DNA of 64,000 bases from an uncultured Phocaeicola sp. Its GTDB lineage: Bacteria > Bacteroidota > Bacteroidia > Bacteroidales > Bacteroidaceae. Made by a program: the position numbers and the translations under genes. Every line of letters starts with the position of its first letter. The stretch's first letter is position 1. The notes beneath the pieces are model-generated. The model saw nothing but the letters and a program-made list of their open reading frames with translations, made no database searches and was not told the origin of the DNA. This document shows, one piece after another, positions 8,766 through 17,072 of the stretch. The DNA lies in assembly GCA_944320815.1 (NCBI GenBank), contig CALUIZ010000005.1, forward strand, positions 13,597 through 77,596, written 5' to 3'.

Positions 8766-9993
8766 TTCTCTTTTTTTGGTTGAGCTGAATGCTCTGGTGC
8801 GCAGGAGCATCCGGGCTTGTTTTCCTGATACTTATTGGGTGCAGGCGGAGCTGAGCGACGTGCGTGTCAACAGTTCCGGTCATTGCTATTTGGAGTTCGT
8901 GCAGAAGGATGCGGGAGGCAATTCGCTTGTGGCAAAGGCAAGAGGAATTGTCTGGGCCAACACCTTCTTCCGCCTGAAACCTTATTTTGAAAGGGAAACG
9001 GGGCAGGCTTTTGTGTCGGGCATCAAAGTGCTGGTGAAGGTTACGGTGGATTTTCACGAACTTTATGGTTATTCGCTTACGGTGACCGACATCGACCCTA
9101 CTTATACATTGGGTGATATGGCGAGGCGGAGACGGGAAATCCTGGACCGCCTGCAGCGGGAAGGAGTGCTGACGCTCAACAAGGAGCTGGAGTTGCCGGA
9201 ACTTCTGCAACGGATTGCGGTCATATCCTCACCCACTGCAGCCGGATATGATGACTTCTGCAACCAATTGTCCCACAATGCTTTCGGATTTGTGTTCTAT
9301 CCCTGTCTGTTTCCTGCTGTCATGCAGGGAGACAAGGTGGAGCAGTCGGTGATTTCCGCGCTGGATAGAATCTACGGTGAACTGGAGCGTTGGGATGCGG
9401 TGGTGATTATACGTGGAGGAGGGGCTACATCCGACCTTTCCGGTTTTGACACGTATAACCTGGCGGCCAACTGCGCTCAGTTTCCCTTGCCTGTCATTAC
9501 GGGAATAGGTCATGAACGGGATGACACGGTCATCGATATGGTGGCGCATACGCGGGTAAAGACCCCGACGGCGGCGGCGGAGTTTCTGGTGAACCATTTG
9601 AGGCAGACAGCCGAACGTCTGGAGGACTTTGCGTGTTACATCCGTCAGGAGGTTCCTTCACGGCTTTCGCACGAAAAGGAACGTCTGGACAACTGGCAGG
9701 CACGCATACCTTCAAAAGTCCAGATGCGTCTTCAGAAAGAGGGGTTTGCACAGGAGCGTCTGTCGGAACGTTTGAGGGTGGCCTTGCGTGTGCGGTTGCA
9801 GACAGAGAAGCATCGTCTGGAATTGTGGTCCCGGCAGATAGAGGCGGCTTCGCCGGACCGGCTGCTGAAGCGAGGATATAGTCTTACACTGAAGAACGGA
9901 AAGGCCGTGACCGACGCTTCGCGGCTTCATCCGGGTGATGAAGTGGAAACTCGTCTGGCGAAAGGAACTTTCAGAAGCATTGTGAAAAAATAG
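8755..9993 (+). CDS. xseA: exodeoxyribonuclease VII large subunit
   Basis: 412 aa with an OB-fold N-terminus (YWVQAELSDVRVNSSGHCYLEF) and the motifs IIRGGGATSDL and ITGIGHERD. The start overlaps the S8 gene by 11 nt. Confidence 0.9.
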   Translation: MVNDSLFLVELNALVRRSIRACFPDTYWVQAELSDVRVNSSGHCYLEFVQKDAGGNSLVAKARGIVWANTFFRLKPYFERETGQAFVSGIKVLVKVTVDFHELYGYSLTVTDIDPTYTLGDMARRRREILDRLQREGVLTLNKELELPELLQRIAVISSPTAAGYDDFCNQLSHNAFGFVFYPCLFPAVMQGDKVEQSVISALDRIYGELERWDAVVIIRGGGATSDLSGFDTYNLAANCAQFPLPVITGIGHERDDTVIDMVAHTRVKTPTAAAEFLVNHLRQTAERLEDFACYIRQEVPSRLSHEKERLDNWQARIPSKVQMRLQKEGFAQERLSERLRVALRVRLQTEKHRLELWSRQIEAASPDRLLKRGYSLTLKNGKAVTDASRLHPGDEVETRLAKGTFRSIVKK

Positions 9994-10005
9994 ATTGACA
10001 GAGAT

Positions 10006-10215
10006 ATGGCAGCAAAAAAAGAAACTTATACCTATACGGAAGCGATGAAACGGCTGGAAGCTATTGTCGCAAAGATAGAAGGCAATGAACTTGACATTGA
10101 TGAATTGGGAGAAAAACTGAAAGAGGCCCAGAAGCTGATAAAATTTTGCAGGGACAAGCTTTATAAGACTGATCTGGAAATCCAGAAGATGCTTGGAGAA
10201 GAAGAGAACGGATGA
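10006..10215 (+). CDS. xseB: exodeoxyribonuclease VII small subunit
   Basis: 69 aa. YTEAMKRLEAIVAKIEGNELDIDEL is a typical XseB helical hairpin. It starts 12 nt after xseA. Confidence 0.85.
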   Translation: MAAKKETYTYTEAMKRLEAIVAKIEGNELDIDELGEKLKEAQKLIKFCRDKLYKTDLEIQKMLGEEENG

Positions 10216-10245
10216 GAAGGGGATGCTCCCGGCTGTATGGGAAAA

Positions 10246-10353
10246 GGGCTGTTTCAAGACAGAATCCGGTTGCCAAAGAGCGATGCCGTGTGGTTCCTGT
10301 CTTGAAACAGCCCTTGGTCCCGAATCCTGTGCGCAGGGCATTTCAGGATTCGG
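10246..10353. terminator. two consecutive perfect hairpins between convergent xseB and S46 genes
   Basis: The first hairpin is gggctgtttcaagacag (10246-10262) with ctgtcttgaaacagccc (10297-10313), 17/17 bp with a 34-nt loop. The second is ccgaatcctg (10320-10329) with caggattcgg (10344-10353), 10/10 bp. Neither has a clear U-tract. Confidence 0.5.
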
Positions 10354-10367
10354 AATGGGACTGTCAT

Positions 10368-12530
10368 TTATTTTACAATCGTCATTTCTTTTATCAGATG
10401 CGATGCGCCGGCATACTTGTCGATGATGAACAGTGTATAGCGTATGTCCACACATGCGGCACGCTGCAATTGCGGATTGTAGGCGATGTCTCCTGTAAGT
10501 CCCTCATAGTTGCGGTCGAAACCGGTACCGATCAGTTCGCCTTTTGCGTTGAATACCGGAGAACCGGAATTTCCTCCGGTGTTGTCGGTCGCTGTGGCAA
10601 AACAGATGGGCATGCGTCCGTCAGGCATGGCATAAGGGCCGAAGTCTTTGGTCTCATACAGTTTCTTCAACTTTTCTGGTACCACAAATTCCGGATTGTC
10701 CGGGTCTTCCTTCTCCATCACTCCTTTCAGTGTTGTGTAGTACAGATATACCTCTCCGTCGGCCGGTTCGTATGAACCTATCTTGCCATATGTCAAGCGG
10801 AGAGTGGAGTTGGCGTCCGGATAAATCGGCTGGCCATTTTTCTTTTTCAGCTCAAGCATGCCCGCCACCCAAGTCTTATGTGCGATGTTGTATGCATTCG
10901 TTTCTTCCTTCATCATTTGGCTGGTCTTTTCATATCCTTTTTTCACTGATTGGGCATATTGCACCATCAGGTCGTTTTCCAGCGTGGCTGCGTCAGGATT
11001 TTTCAGGAACTCATCCAGCGTGTCCGCATTGCGGAATATGGAAGTGTCGAAACATGCGTCCACGAAATCATTTATGTTGCCGTTGAATCTGTTTCCGATG
11101 GTCTGGAAAATACTGATACGCTGGTCGGTCGGAATTAGTCGGGCATAGAGCGAAATAAGCAGTTTTGACACTTTTCTGTCCACTGCCATGTTGTAGTCTT
11201 TGTTGAAGAACTTTTCTGCCTTTTCCCGGATAGCCTTCACTTCTTTTTCCACCTCTTTCTTGTCGTTTGCCCGTAGAGCCTTCATCAGTCCTTCCGTTTC
11301 AGGAATCTGGTAGAATTCCGTTCCCAACATCAGTGCCTCATAGATGGCCTGCTGGTGGTAGACGTAGGGGAAACGTTTGGCCACAATATTTTTGATGGTC
11401 TCATAGGCTTCATTCCATTTTTCATTTCCCGTTTCACGTCCGTAAGCCAGCAGTGCTTCTTGCTGTTCTTTCTTCTTGTCAAGTACTTTAAGCTTTATCA
11501 GTCCTTCATTCATGCCGATGGCATTTTTCCAGTAGTTAGCGGAAGAAGCATATTTTGCCGCATATTGGATACGGGTCCGGTCGTCCTTCTGCATTTCTTC
11601 GTTCAGCGCGCGCAGACGGACCCCACGGACAGTGTCACGCATAAAGTTGGTTGTCTTCATCCGTTCCTCCACTTCATCGCTGATCATATATCGCCAGTTG
11701 TTTCCCGGGAACCCCATGACAAACGTAAAATCTCCTTCCTTTATCCCCTTCATGTTGATGGTCAGATGTTTCTTGACTTTCAGAGGTATGTTCTCAGCAT
11801 TGTATTCGGCCGGTTTCCCGTCTTTTGAAGCGTAAATGCGGAATATGGAGAAGTCTCCGCAGTGGCGTGGCCACATCCAGTTGTCTGTGTCCGCCCCGAA
11901 CTTGCCGATAGAAGAAGGAGGCGCCCCTACCATGCGTATGTCTCTGTAGACTGTTTTGACGAACAGATAATACTTGTTCGCTCCATAGAAAGGCTTCAAT
12001 TCCAGTACATTGAATTTGTCTGTCTTGATTTTCTCTTTTTTGGCGAAGCGTTCCGCTACTTTGCCCAGATAAGAAGGAGACAGATAGTTGGTTCCTTCCG
12101 GGTCTGCGTCTTTCTTCAGTTGTTCCTCTACATATGCGGTCACATCCAGAATCCGGTCTATAAAAGTGATGGTCAGTCCTTCGCAGGGAAGTTCCTGTTC
12201 GCGTGTCATGGCCCAGAATCCGTCGGTCAGATAATCATGCTCCACTGAGCTGTGCTGTTGGATATACCGGTATCCGCAGTGGTGGTTGGTGAGAACCAGT
12301 CCTTCTGCAGAAATCACTTCTCCTGTGCATCCGCCTCCGAAGTGCACCACAGCGTCTTTCAGACTGATGTTGTCAGGGCAATATATTTGGTCGACACTGA
12401 TGTCGAGTCCCAGATTCTGCATGACGGCAGCGTTCTGTTGTTTCAAGTCGGTCAGCATCCACATGCCTTCATCTGCCTGTCCGGCGAGAGTGAACGTGGA
12501 AAGCAGTGATAATAAGATTGTTTTTTTCAT
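10368..12530 (-). CDS. S46 family dipeptidyl-peptidase, DPP11-like (Arg at S1 specificity position)
   Basis: 720 aa with a signal peptide and mature N-terminus ADEGMWML. The catalytic contexts are LTNHHCG (His) and GGNSGSPV (Ser). The residue 18 positions after the catalytic Ser is Arg (GFDRNYEG). Confidence 0.85.
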   Translation of the reverse strand: MKKTILLSLLSTFTLAGQADEGMWMLTDLKQQNAAVMQNLGLDISVDQIYCPDNISLKDAVVHFGGGCTGEVISAEGLVLTNHHCGYRYIQQHSSVEHDYLTDGFWAMTREQELPCEGLTITFIDRILDVTAYVEEQLKKDADPEGTNYLSPSYLGKVAERFAKKEKIKTDKFNVLELKPFYGANKYYLFVKTVYRDIRMVGAPPSSIGKFGADTDNWMWPRHCGDFSIFRIYASKDGKPAEYNAENIPLKVKKHLTINMKGIKEGDFTFVMGFPGNNWRYMISDEVEERMKTTNFMRDTVRGVRLRALNEEMQKDDRTRIQYAAKYASSANYWKNAIGMNEGLIKLKVLDKKKEQQEALLAYGRETGNEKWNEAYETIKNIVAKRFPYVYHQQAIYEALMLGTEFYQIPETEGLMKALRANDKKEVEKEVKAIREKAEKFFNKDYNMAVDRKVSKLLISLYARLIPTDQRISIFQTIGNRFNGNINDFVDACFDTSIFRNADTLDEFLKNPDAATLENDLMVQYAQSVKKGYEKTSQMMKEETNAYNIAHKTWVAGMLELKKKNGQPIYPDANSTLRLTYGKIGSYEPADGEVYLYYTTLKGVMEKEDPDNPEFVVPEKLKKLYETKDFGPYAMPDGRMPICFATATDNTGGNSGSPVFNAKGELIGTGFDRNYEGLTGDIAYNPQLQRAACVDIRYTLFIIDKYAGASHLIKEMTIVK

Positions 12531-12617
12531 GGGGTGGAAGAGGTTTTTGAAGTGCCGATGTGCCTTCCATCATTTGAATACATTGATGGCTGGCATGTCG
12601 GCACATTTTGTGTATTG

Positions 12618-14792
12618 TTATTCAACTATCGTCATTTCGTCAATCAGATTCTTGCATCCTCCGAGCTTCTCCACGATGAACAGCACATAGCGGATGTCTA
12701 CTGCAATGCAGCGTTGCAGGTTGTTGTCGAAGTTGATGTCTCCAGAGAGAGATTCCCAGTTGCCGTCGAATGCAGCCCCGATCAGCTCTCCGTTTCCGTT
12801 CATGACAGGAGAGCCGGAGTTTCCGCCTGTAATGTCATTGGTCGTGAGGAAGCAGGCAGGCATTTCTCCGTTAGGCAGGGCATAACGTCCGTAATTCTTA
12901 GCCGCATACAGCTCTTTCAGTTTTTCAGGCACTACAAATTCCGGATTGTTCGGGTCTTCCTTTTCCATCACCCCCTTCAACGTTGTGTAATATTTGTAGT
13001 GGATTCCGTCTTTCGGATCGTATGACTTCACGTTTCCGTAAGTGAGGCGGAGGGTGAAGTTGGCATCCGGAGCTTTCGGAGTCGGTGCATACATCTCGCA
13101 GAGTCCACGCACATAAGTCTTGTGAAGCAGATTGATGTCGCCGTTTGCCTCCTCGAGTCTGTTGCTCAACTCCTCATATTTTTCGTTTACGGTAGCCGCG
13201 TACTGGGCTGACAGGTCTTTATGGAGTGCTTCCAGCGTAGGATTTGCGACAAAAGCATTGAAGTTCGTCTCGTTGGCGAAAATGCTGTTGTCATAAAGCG
13301 CGTCTATATATGCATTGTAATCCCCTTTGAATTCGGTCTGGATTGTCTTGTAGAAGTTAGGCAACGCTTCTGTGGGAACACATTTAGCATATAGCGGGAG
13401 CAATGTCTTGGCCACTTTGCGGTCAACTTCATGGTCATAGTCTTTATTGTGGATTTCAGCGTAAGCATCCTTTAGGTTTGCAATTGCTTTTTCCACGTCT
13501 TTCTTCTTGCCTTTTTCCAGAGCAGTGTTCAAGTCCTGCAAAACCGTCATCTTGCTGGACAGTGCAAATTCGATTCCGCTGCGGAATGTTTCCATGAAGT
13601 AGGTCAGTTGTGTGCGCAAAGGCATGACTCTGTCTACATATTCATTTATTTTTCCTACCACAGCCTTATAGTCCTCATTCTGTTTCTTTTCCGCAAATTC
13701 CAGAAATATCAGCTCCTGTTCAGCCTTTGCATCCAGTACTTTATTGTCGATGATGGCCTTGTTCATGCCGATAGAATTTTTCCAGTAGTTGCTTGATGAA
13801 GCGAATTTGCTGGCATATTGGATGCGCACCTTGTCGCTTGCAGCCATTTCTTTGCGCAGAATGTTCTGGCGTGCCTCCCTTACCGTGATTCGGGGAACGT
13901 TCGTTCCTTCCATGCGCAGACGCACTTCACTTTCCGTCAGATAACGGCTGGTGCTTCCGGGGAATCCCATAATCATGGCATAGTCGCCTTCCTGCAGACC
14001 TTTCAGTGAGATGGCCAGATGCTTTTTCGCCTTCAGCGGCATGTTGTCCGCTTCATATCCTTCGGTGGGGTTGCCGTTTTTGTCAGCATAGACACGGAAC
14101 ATCGAAAAGTCGCATGTGTGACGTGGCCACATCCAGTTGTCCGTTTCTCCTCCGAACTTTCCGATAGACGATGGAGGTGCGGCCACCATCCGTACGTCGC
14201 CGAATGTCTTGATGAAAAAGAGATAATACCTGTTTCCGGCATAGAATGGAAGAGCCAGCGTGGAGATTCCGGGTTTCCCTTTCAGATCGCTTTTTTTCAG
14301 TTGTCTGTCGGCCAACTCCTTTAAATATTTGCTTCCGAACGATTCTACTTCGGTCACTTTTCCTTTCTCGATGTCCTTGTTGACCAGGTCGGTCACATCC
14401 ACGATTCGTTCCACGAACTTGAATGTCAGTCCCGGAGTGGGCAGTTCCTCTCCATAATTCTTGGCCCAGAATCCGTCCGTAAGGTAGTCGTGTTCCACTG
14501 AGCTGTGTTGCTGGATTGCATCATACCCACAATGATGATTTGTCAGAATCAGTCCGTTGGGTGAAATGATTTCTCCCGTACATCCTCTTCCGAAGATGCC
14601 CACGGCATCCTTTAAAGTCACTTTTTCCGGATTGTAAATGTCCGCAATGTCCATCTTCAGACCTTGCGCCTTCATCCGGTCGGCCAGGTTCTGCTCCTGC
14701 ATGAGCTGGAGCAGCCACATCCCTTCATCGGCTTTGGCCGGAGAGAAGGCAGCGCAAATCAATGCGAGTGCCAATACTTTCAGTCTTTTCAT
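12618..14792 (-). CDS. S46 family dipeptidyl-peptidase, DPP7-like (Gly at S1 specificity position)
   Basis: 724 aa with [15 protein letters not shown] and GGNSGSPV. The residue at +18 from the catalytic Ser is Gly (AFDGNWES). Confidence 0.85.
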   Translation of the reverse strand: MKRLKVLALALICAAFSPAKADEGMWLLQLMQEQNLADRMKAQGLKMDIADIYNPEKVTLKDAVGIFGRGCTGEIISPNGLILTNHHCGYDAIQQHSSVEHDYLTDGFWAKNYGEELPTPGLTFKFVERIVDVTDLVNKDIEKGKVTEVESFGSKYLKELADRQLKKSDLKGKPGISTLALPFYAGNRYYLFFIKTFGDVRMVAAPPSSIGKFGGETDNWMWPRHTCDFSMFRVYADKNGNPTEGYEADNMPLKAKKHLAISLKGLQEGDYAMIMGFPGSTSRYLTESEVRLRMEGTNVPRITVREARQNILRKEMAASDKVRIQYASKFASSSNYWKNSIGMNKAIIDNKVLDAKAEQELIFLEFAEKKQNEDYKAVVGKINEYVDRVMPLRTQLTYFMETFRSGIEFALSSKMTVLQDLNTALEKGKKKDVEKAIANLKDAYAEIHNKDYDHEVDRKVAKTLLPLYAKCVPTEALPNFYKTIQTEFKGDYNAYIDALYDNSIFANETNFNAFVANPTLEALHKDLSAQYAATVNEKYEELSNRLEEANGDINLLHKTYVRGLCEMYAPTPKAPDANFTLRLTYGNVKSYDPKDGIHYKYYTTLKGVMEKEDPNNPEFVVPEKLKELYAAKNYGRYALPNGEMPACFLTTNDITGGNSGSPVMNGNGELIGAAFDGNWESLSGDINFDNNLQRCIAVDIRYVLFIVEKLGGCKNLIDEMTIVE

Positions 14793-14974
14793 TCCTGTTG
14801 GTTTAAATGGTAAATTATAAAAACTCTTGTTGATAAAATCATGTATCCCCGGAAGGATTGCACAAAAATAATAAAAAAAAGAACATGGAAATCTTTCTGC
14901 TTGCCAAAAGGGTAATAATCCTCTATCTATGTATAAATTTTGATAATTTATTTCTGTCCGTTTCCGAAACGTTT

Positions 14975-14982
14975 TACCTTTG
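14975..14982 (+). promoter_or_regulatory. putative -7 box (TACCTTTG) for the 15007 lipoprotein gene
   Basis: tacctttg lies 25 nt upstream of the ATG at 15007. It overlaps the ORF-track start at 14980, which argues for the shorter ORF. Confidence 0.45.
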
Positions 14983-15006
14983 CCGCAGAATTTAAAAGGT
15001 TTACGT

Positions 15007-15708
15007 ATGTATAAGCTTTATTTTTTTCTGTTTTGCGCATTGGTCTGTGCTTCTTGCAGCAAGAAATACAAGATAGAAGGTGTGTCTTCTGTTTCCATGC
15101 TTGACGGGAAAATGCTTTTCATCAAAGTGCAGTCGGGCGACCGGCTGGTGAATATAGATTCGGCCGAGGTGGTTCATGGACTGTTCAAGATGAAAGGCAA
15201 GGTGGATTCCACGGTGCTGGCTTCCTTGTATATGGATGAGGACTGCATCATGCCTGTAGTGATTGAGCCGGGAGACATCAACATACGGATTGACAATGCA
15301 GGCATTGTGATAGAAGGCACTCCGCTGAATGACTGCTTCAATGAGTTTGTGATGAAGAAGAACTCGCTGGACGACCGTGCGTATGAGGTGGAGCATGAAG
15401 AGAGCCGCATGATAATGGACGGGAAGGACCTCCAGACCGTGCATGAGGAAATCAGCCGGAAACGCCAGGCTCTCTCAGATGAAATGAACAGTCTGGCCAA
15501 GACATTCATTCAGGAAAACTATGAAAACGTGCTGGGGCCAGGAGTGTTCATCATGCTGGGCAGCGGAATGCCTTATCCATTGCTTACACCGCTCATGGAG
15601 GAAATCATTTCCGACGCTCCGGATGTCTTCAAGAACAATTTTATGGTAAAGGCATATGTGGATGCCGCACGTGAGAACATGGAGCGGATGAAAGCGGCTG
15701 GAAGCTGA
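15007..15708 (+). CDS. DUF4369-like lipoprotein (function unknown)
   Basis: ORF 14980..15708 is trimmed to [20 protein letters not shown], a lipobox (ASC). The N-terminal beta-domain pattern [19 protein letters not shown] resembles DUF4369. That name is from memory and unverified. Confidence 0.55.
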   Translation: MYKLYFFLFCALVCASCSKKYKIEGVSSVSMLDGKMLFIKVQSGDRLVNIDSAEVVHGLFKMKGKVDSTVLASLYMDEDCIMPVVIEPGDINIRIDNAGIVIEGTPLNDCFNEFVMKKNSLDDRAYEVEHEESRMIMDGKDLQTVHEEISRKRQALSDEMNSLAKTFIQENYENVLGPGVFIMLGSGMPYPLLTPLMEEIISDAPDVFKNNFMVKAYVDAARENMERMKAAGS

Positions 15709-15736
15709 AAGAAAAATATGTGTCAAGATATGCGGT

Positions 15737-15772
15737 CGTCCCGGTTGGAATTCAGCCGGGACGGTTTTTTTC
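15737..15772 (+). terminator. intrinsic terminator after the 15007-15708 gene
   Basis: The arms cgtcccgg (15737-15744) and ccgggacg (15756-15763) are followed by T7 (15765-15771). Confidence 0.7.
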
Positions 15773-15775
15773 TTT

Positions 15776-16843
15776 TCATCCCATTGTTTCGCTATAAAAG
15801 TCAAGAAGCTCGTATATTTCCTCCTGCGAAGCGGTCTGGTTGATCCGGATGTCGCCCACATCACCAAGAAGCGTGAAGTTGATGATACCCGAGGCGGAGT
15901 TCTTCTTGTCGTGCTTCATATAATTGTAGAGTGTCTCGTAGTCATCGCATGTGAAGTCCAGTCTTCCGTAATTGTCCTTGATGAAGCGTACCGTCTGATG
16001 GAGCTTGTCTTTCGGGAATCCGGCATGCAGATGTGAGAGATAGAGTTCGCATACCATTCCCCATGCCACGGCATAGCCATGCAGTATGGGATGGTTGCCA
16101 TGGAGTGAAAAGCTTTCGAAAGCATGCCCTATCGTGTGGCCGAAGTTCAGTGCCTTGCGGATGCTTTGTTCCGTCGGGTCTTTTTCGACTATCGTTTCCT
16201 TTACCTCCACAGATTTCCCCGCCAGTTCCTGAAGCTCATCGTAATTGATGTGGTTCAGGTCGAATGCCAGCAGTTCCGCCCAATGCGAGACATTGCTTAT
16301 CAGTCCGTGTTTCAGCATTTCAGCATATCCGGAAAGAAGATTCCGTTGGTCCAGCGTTTTCAGGAACTCACCGTTTATCAATACCTGGTCGGCAGGATAG
16401 AATGATCCGATTTCATTCTTCAGGTCGTTGAAGTTGATGCCCGTTTTTCCGCCCACAGCCGCATCCACCATTGAGAGGAGGGTGGTCGGGACATTGATGC
16501 AGGAAATGCCCCGTTTGAATGTGGCGGCGGCAAATCCTCCGAGGTCGGTTATCATTCCTCCTCCCAGGTTGACCAGCAGGGAGCGGCGTGTGCCTCCCTT
16601 CTCGCTTAGTTGGCTCCACACGTAGGCCAGCGTTTCCAGGTTCTTGTGGATGTCTTCAGGACCGACGTTTATGCGGACAGCGTTTTTTATGCATTCCATA
16701 TCCATGTTTTCCAGCAGAGGAAGGCACTGTATGTGGGTATGTTCGTCGGTCAGGATGAAAAGTTTGTCGTAGTGATGGCTTTTGAGTGCTTGGGCAAACT
16801 CTTCCTTGAAGTTCCGGCAGATTATGATTTCCTGTTTCTTCAT
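15776..16843 (-). CDS. aroB: 3-dehydroquinate synthase
   Basis: 355 aa with the NAD motif GGGMITDLGGFAAATFKRGI and metal-ligand contexts HTIGHAFE and HGYAVAWGM. Confidence 0.9.
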   Translation of the reverse strand: MKKQEIIICRNFKEEFAQALKSHHYDKLFILTDEHTHIQCLPLLENMDMECIKNAVRINVGPEDIHKNLETLAYVWSQLSEKGGTRRSLLVNLGGGMITDLGGFAAATFKRGISCINVPTTLLSMVDAAVGGKTGINFNDLKNEIGSFYPADQVLINGEFLKTLDQRNLLSGYAEMLKHGLISNVSHWAELLAFDLNHINYDELQELAGKSVEVKETIVEKDPTEQSIRKALNFGHTIGHAFESFSLHGNHPILHGYAVAWGMVCELYLSHLHAGFPKDKLHQTVRFIKDNYGRLDFTCDDYETLYNYMKHDKKNSASGIINFTLLGDVGDIRINQTASQEEIYELLDFYSETMG

Positions 16844-16865
16844 GATAATTGTAATGTTTGAGGCG

Positions 16866-16873
16866 CAAATTTA
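16866..16873 (-). promoter_or_regulatory. putative -7 box (TAAATTTG) for aroB
   Basis: The plus strand reads caaattta. It lies 23 nt upstream of the ATG at 16843. Confidence 0.45.
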
Positions 16874-17072
16874 GAAAAAAAGTGAGAAAGATGCCTGATT
16901 CAGCTTGCAAATAAATAATTTTGCGCCCGCATAGTGCCGGAACGGGCCGGATTTTTCTGGAGAAGAAACGCATAAGCAAAAAATAAGTTAAAAAACAGAA
17001 CGGACAGATAAACCATTGCGGACTTTGTGTGTCAAATTTACATTCATATCATAAACTAATAAAAACGGCATA

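Noticed and set aside
12562-12614. A long hairpin between the two S46 genes that pairs better as plus-strand RNA (two G-U pairs) and has a T-rich tract on the plus strand, although both flanking genes are on the minus strand.
   Set aside because: It could still act as a DNA-level or imperfect minus-strand terminator. Two wobble positions are not enough to argue for a plus-strand transcript.
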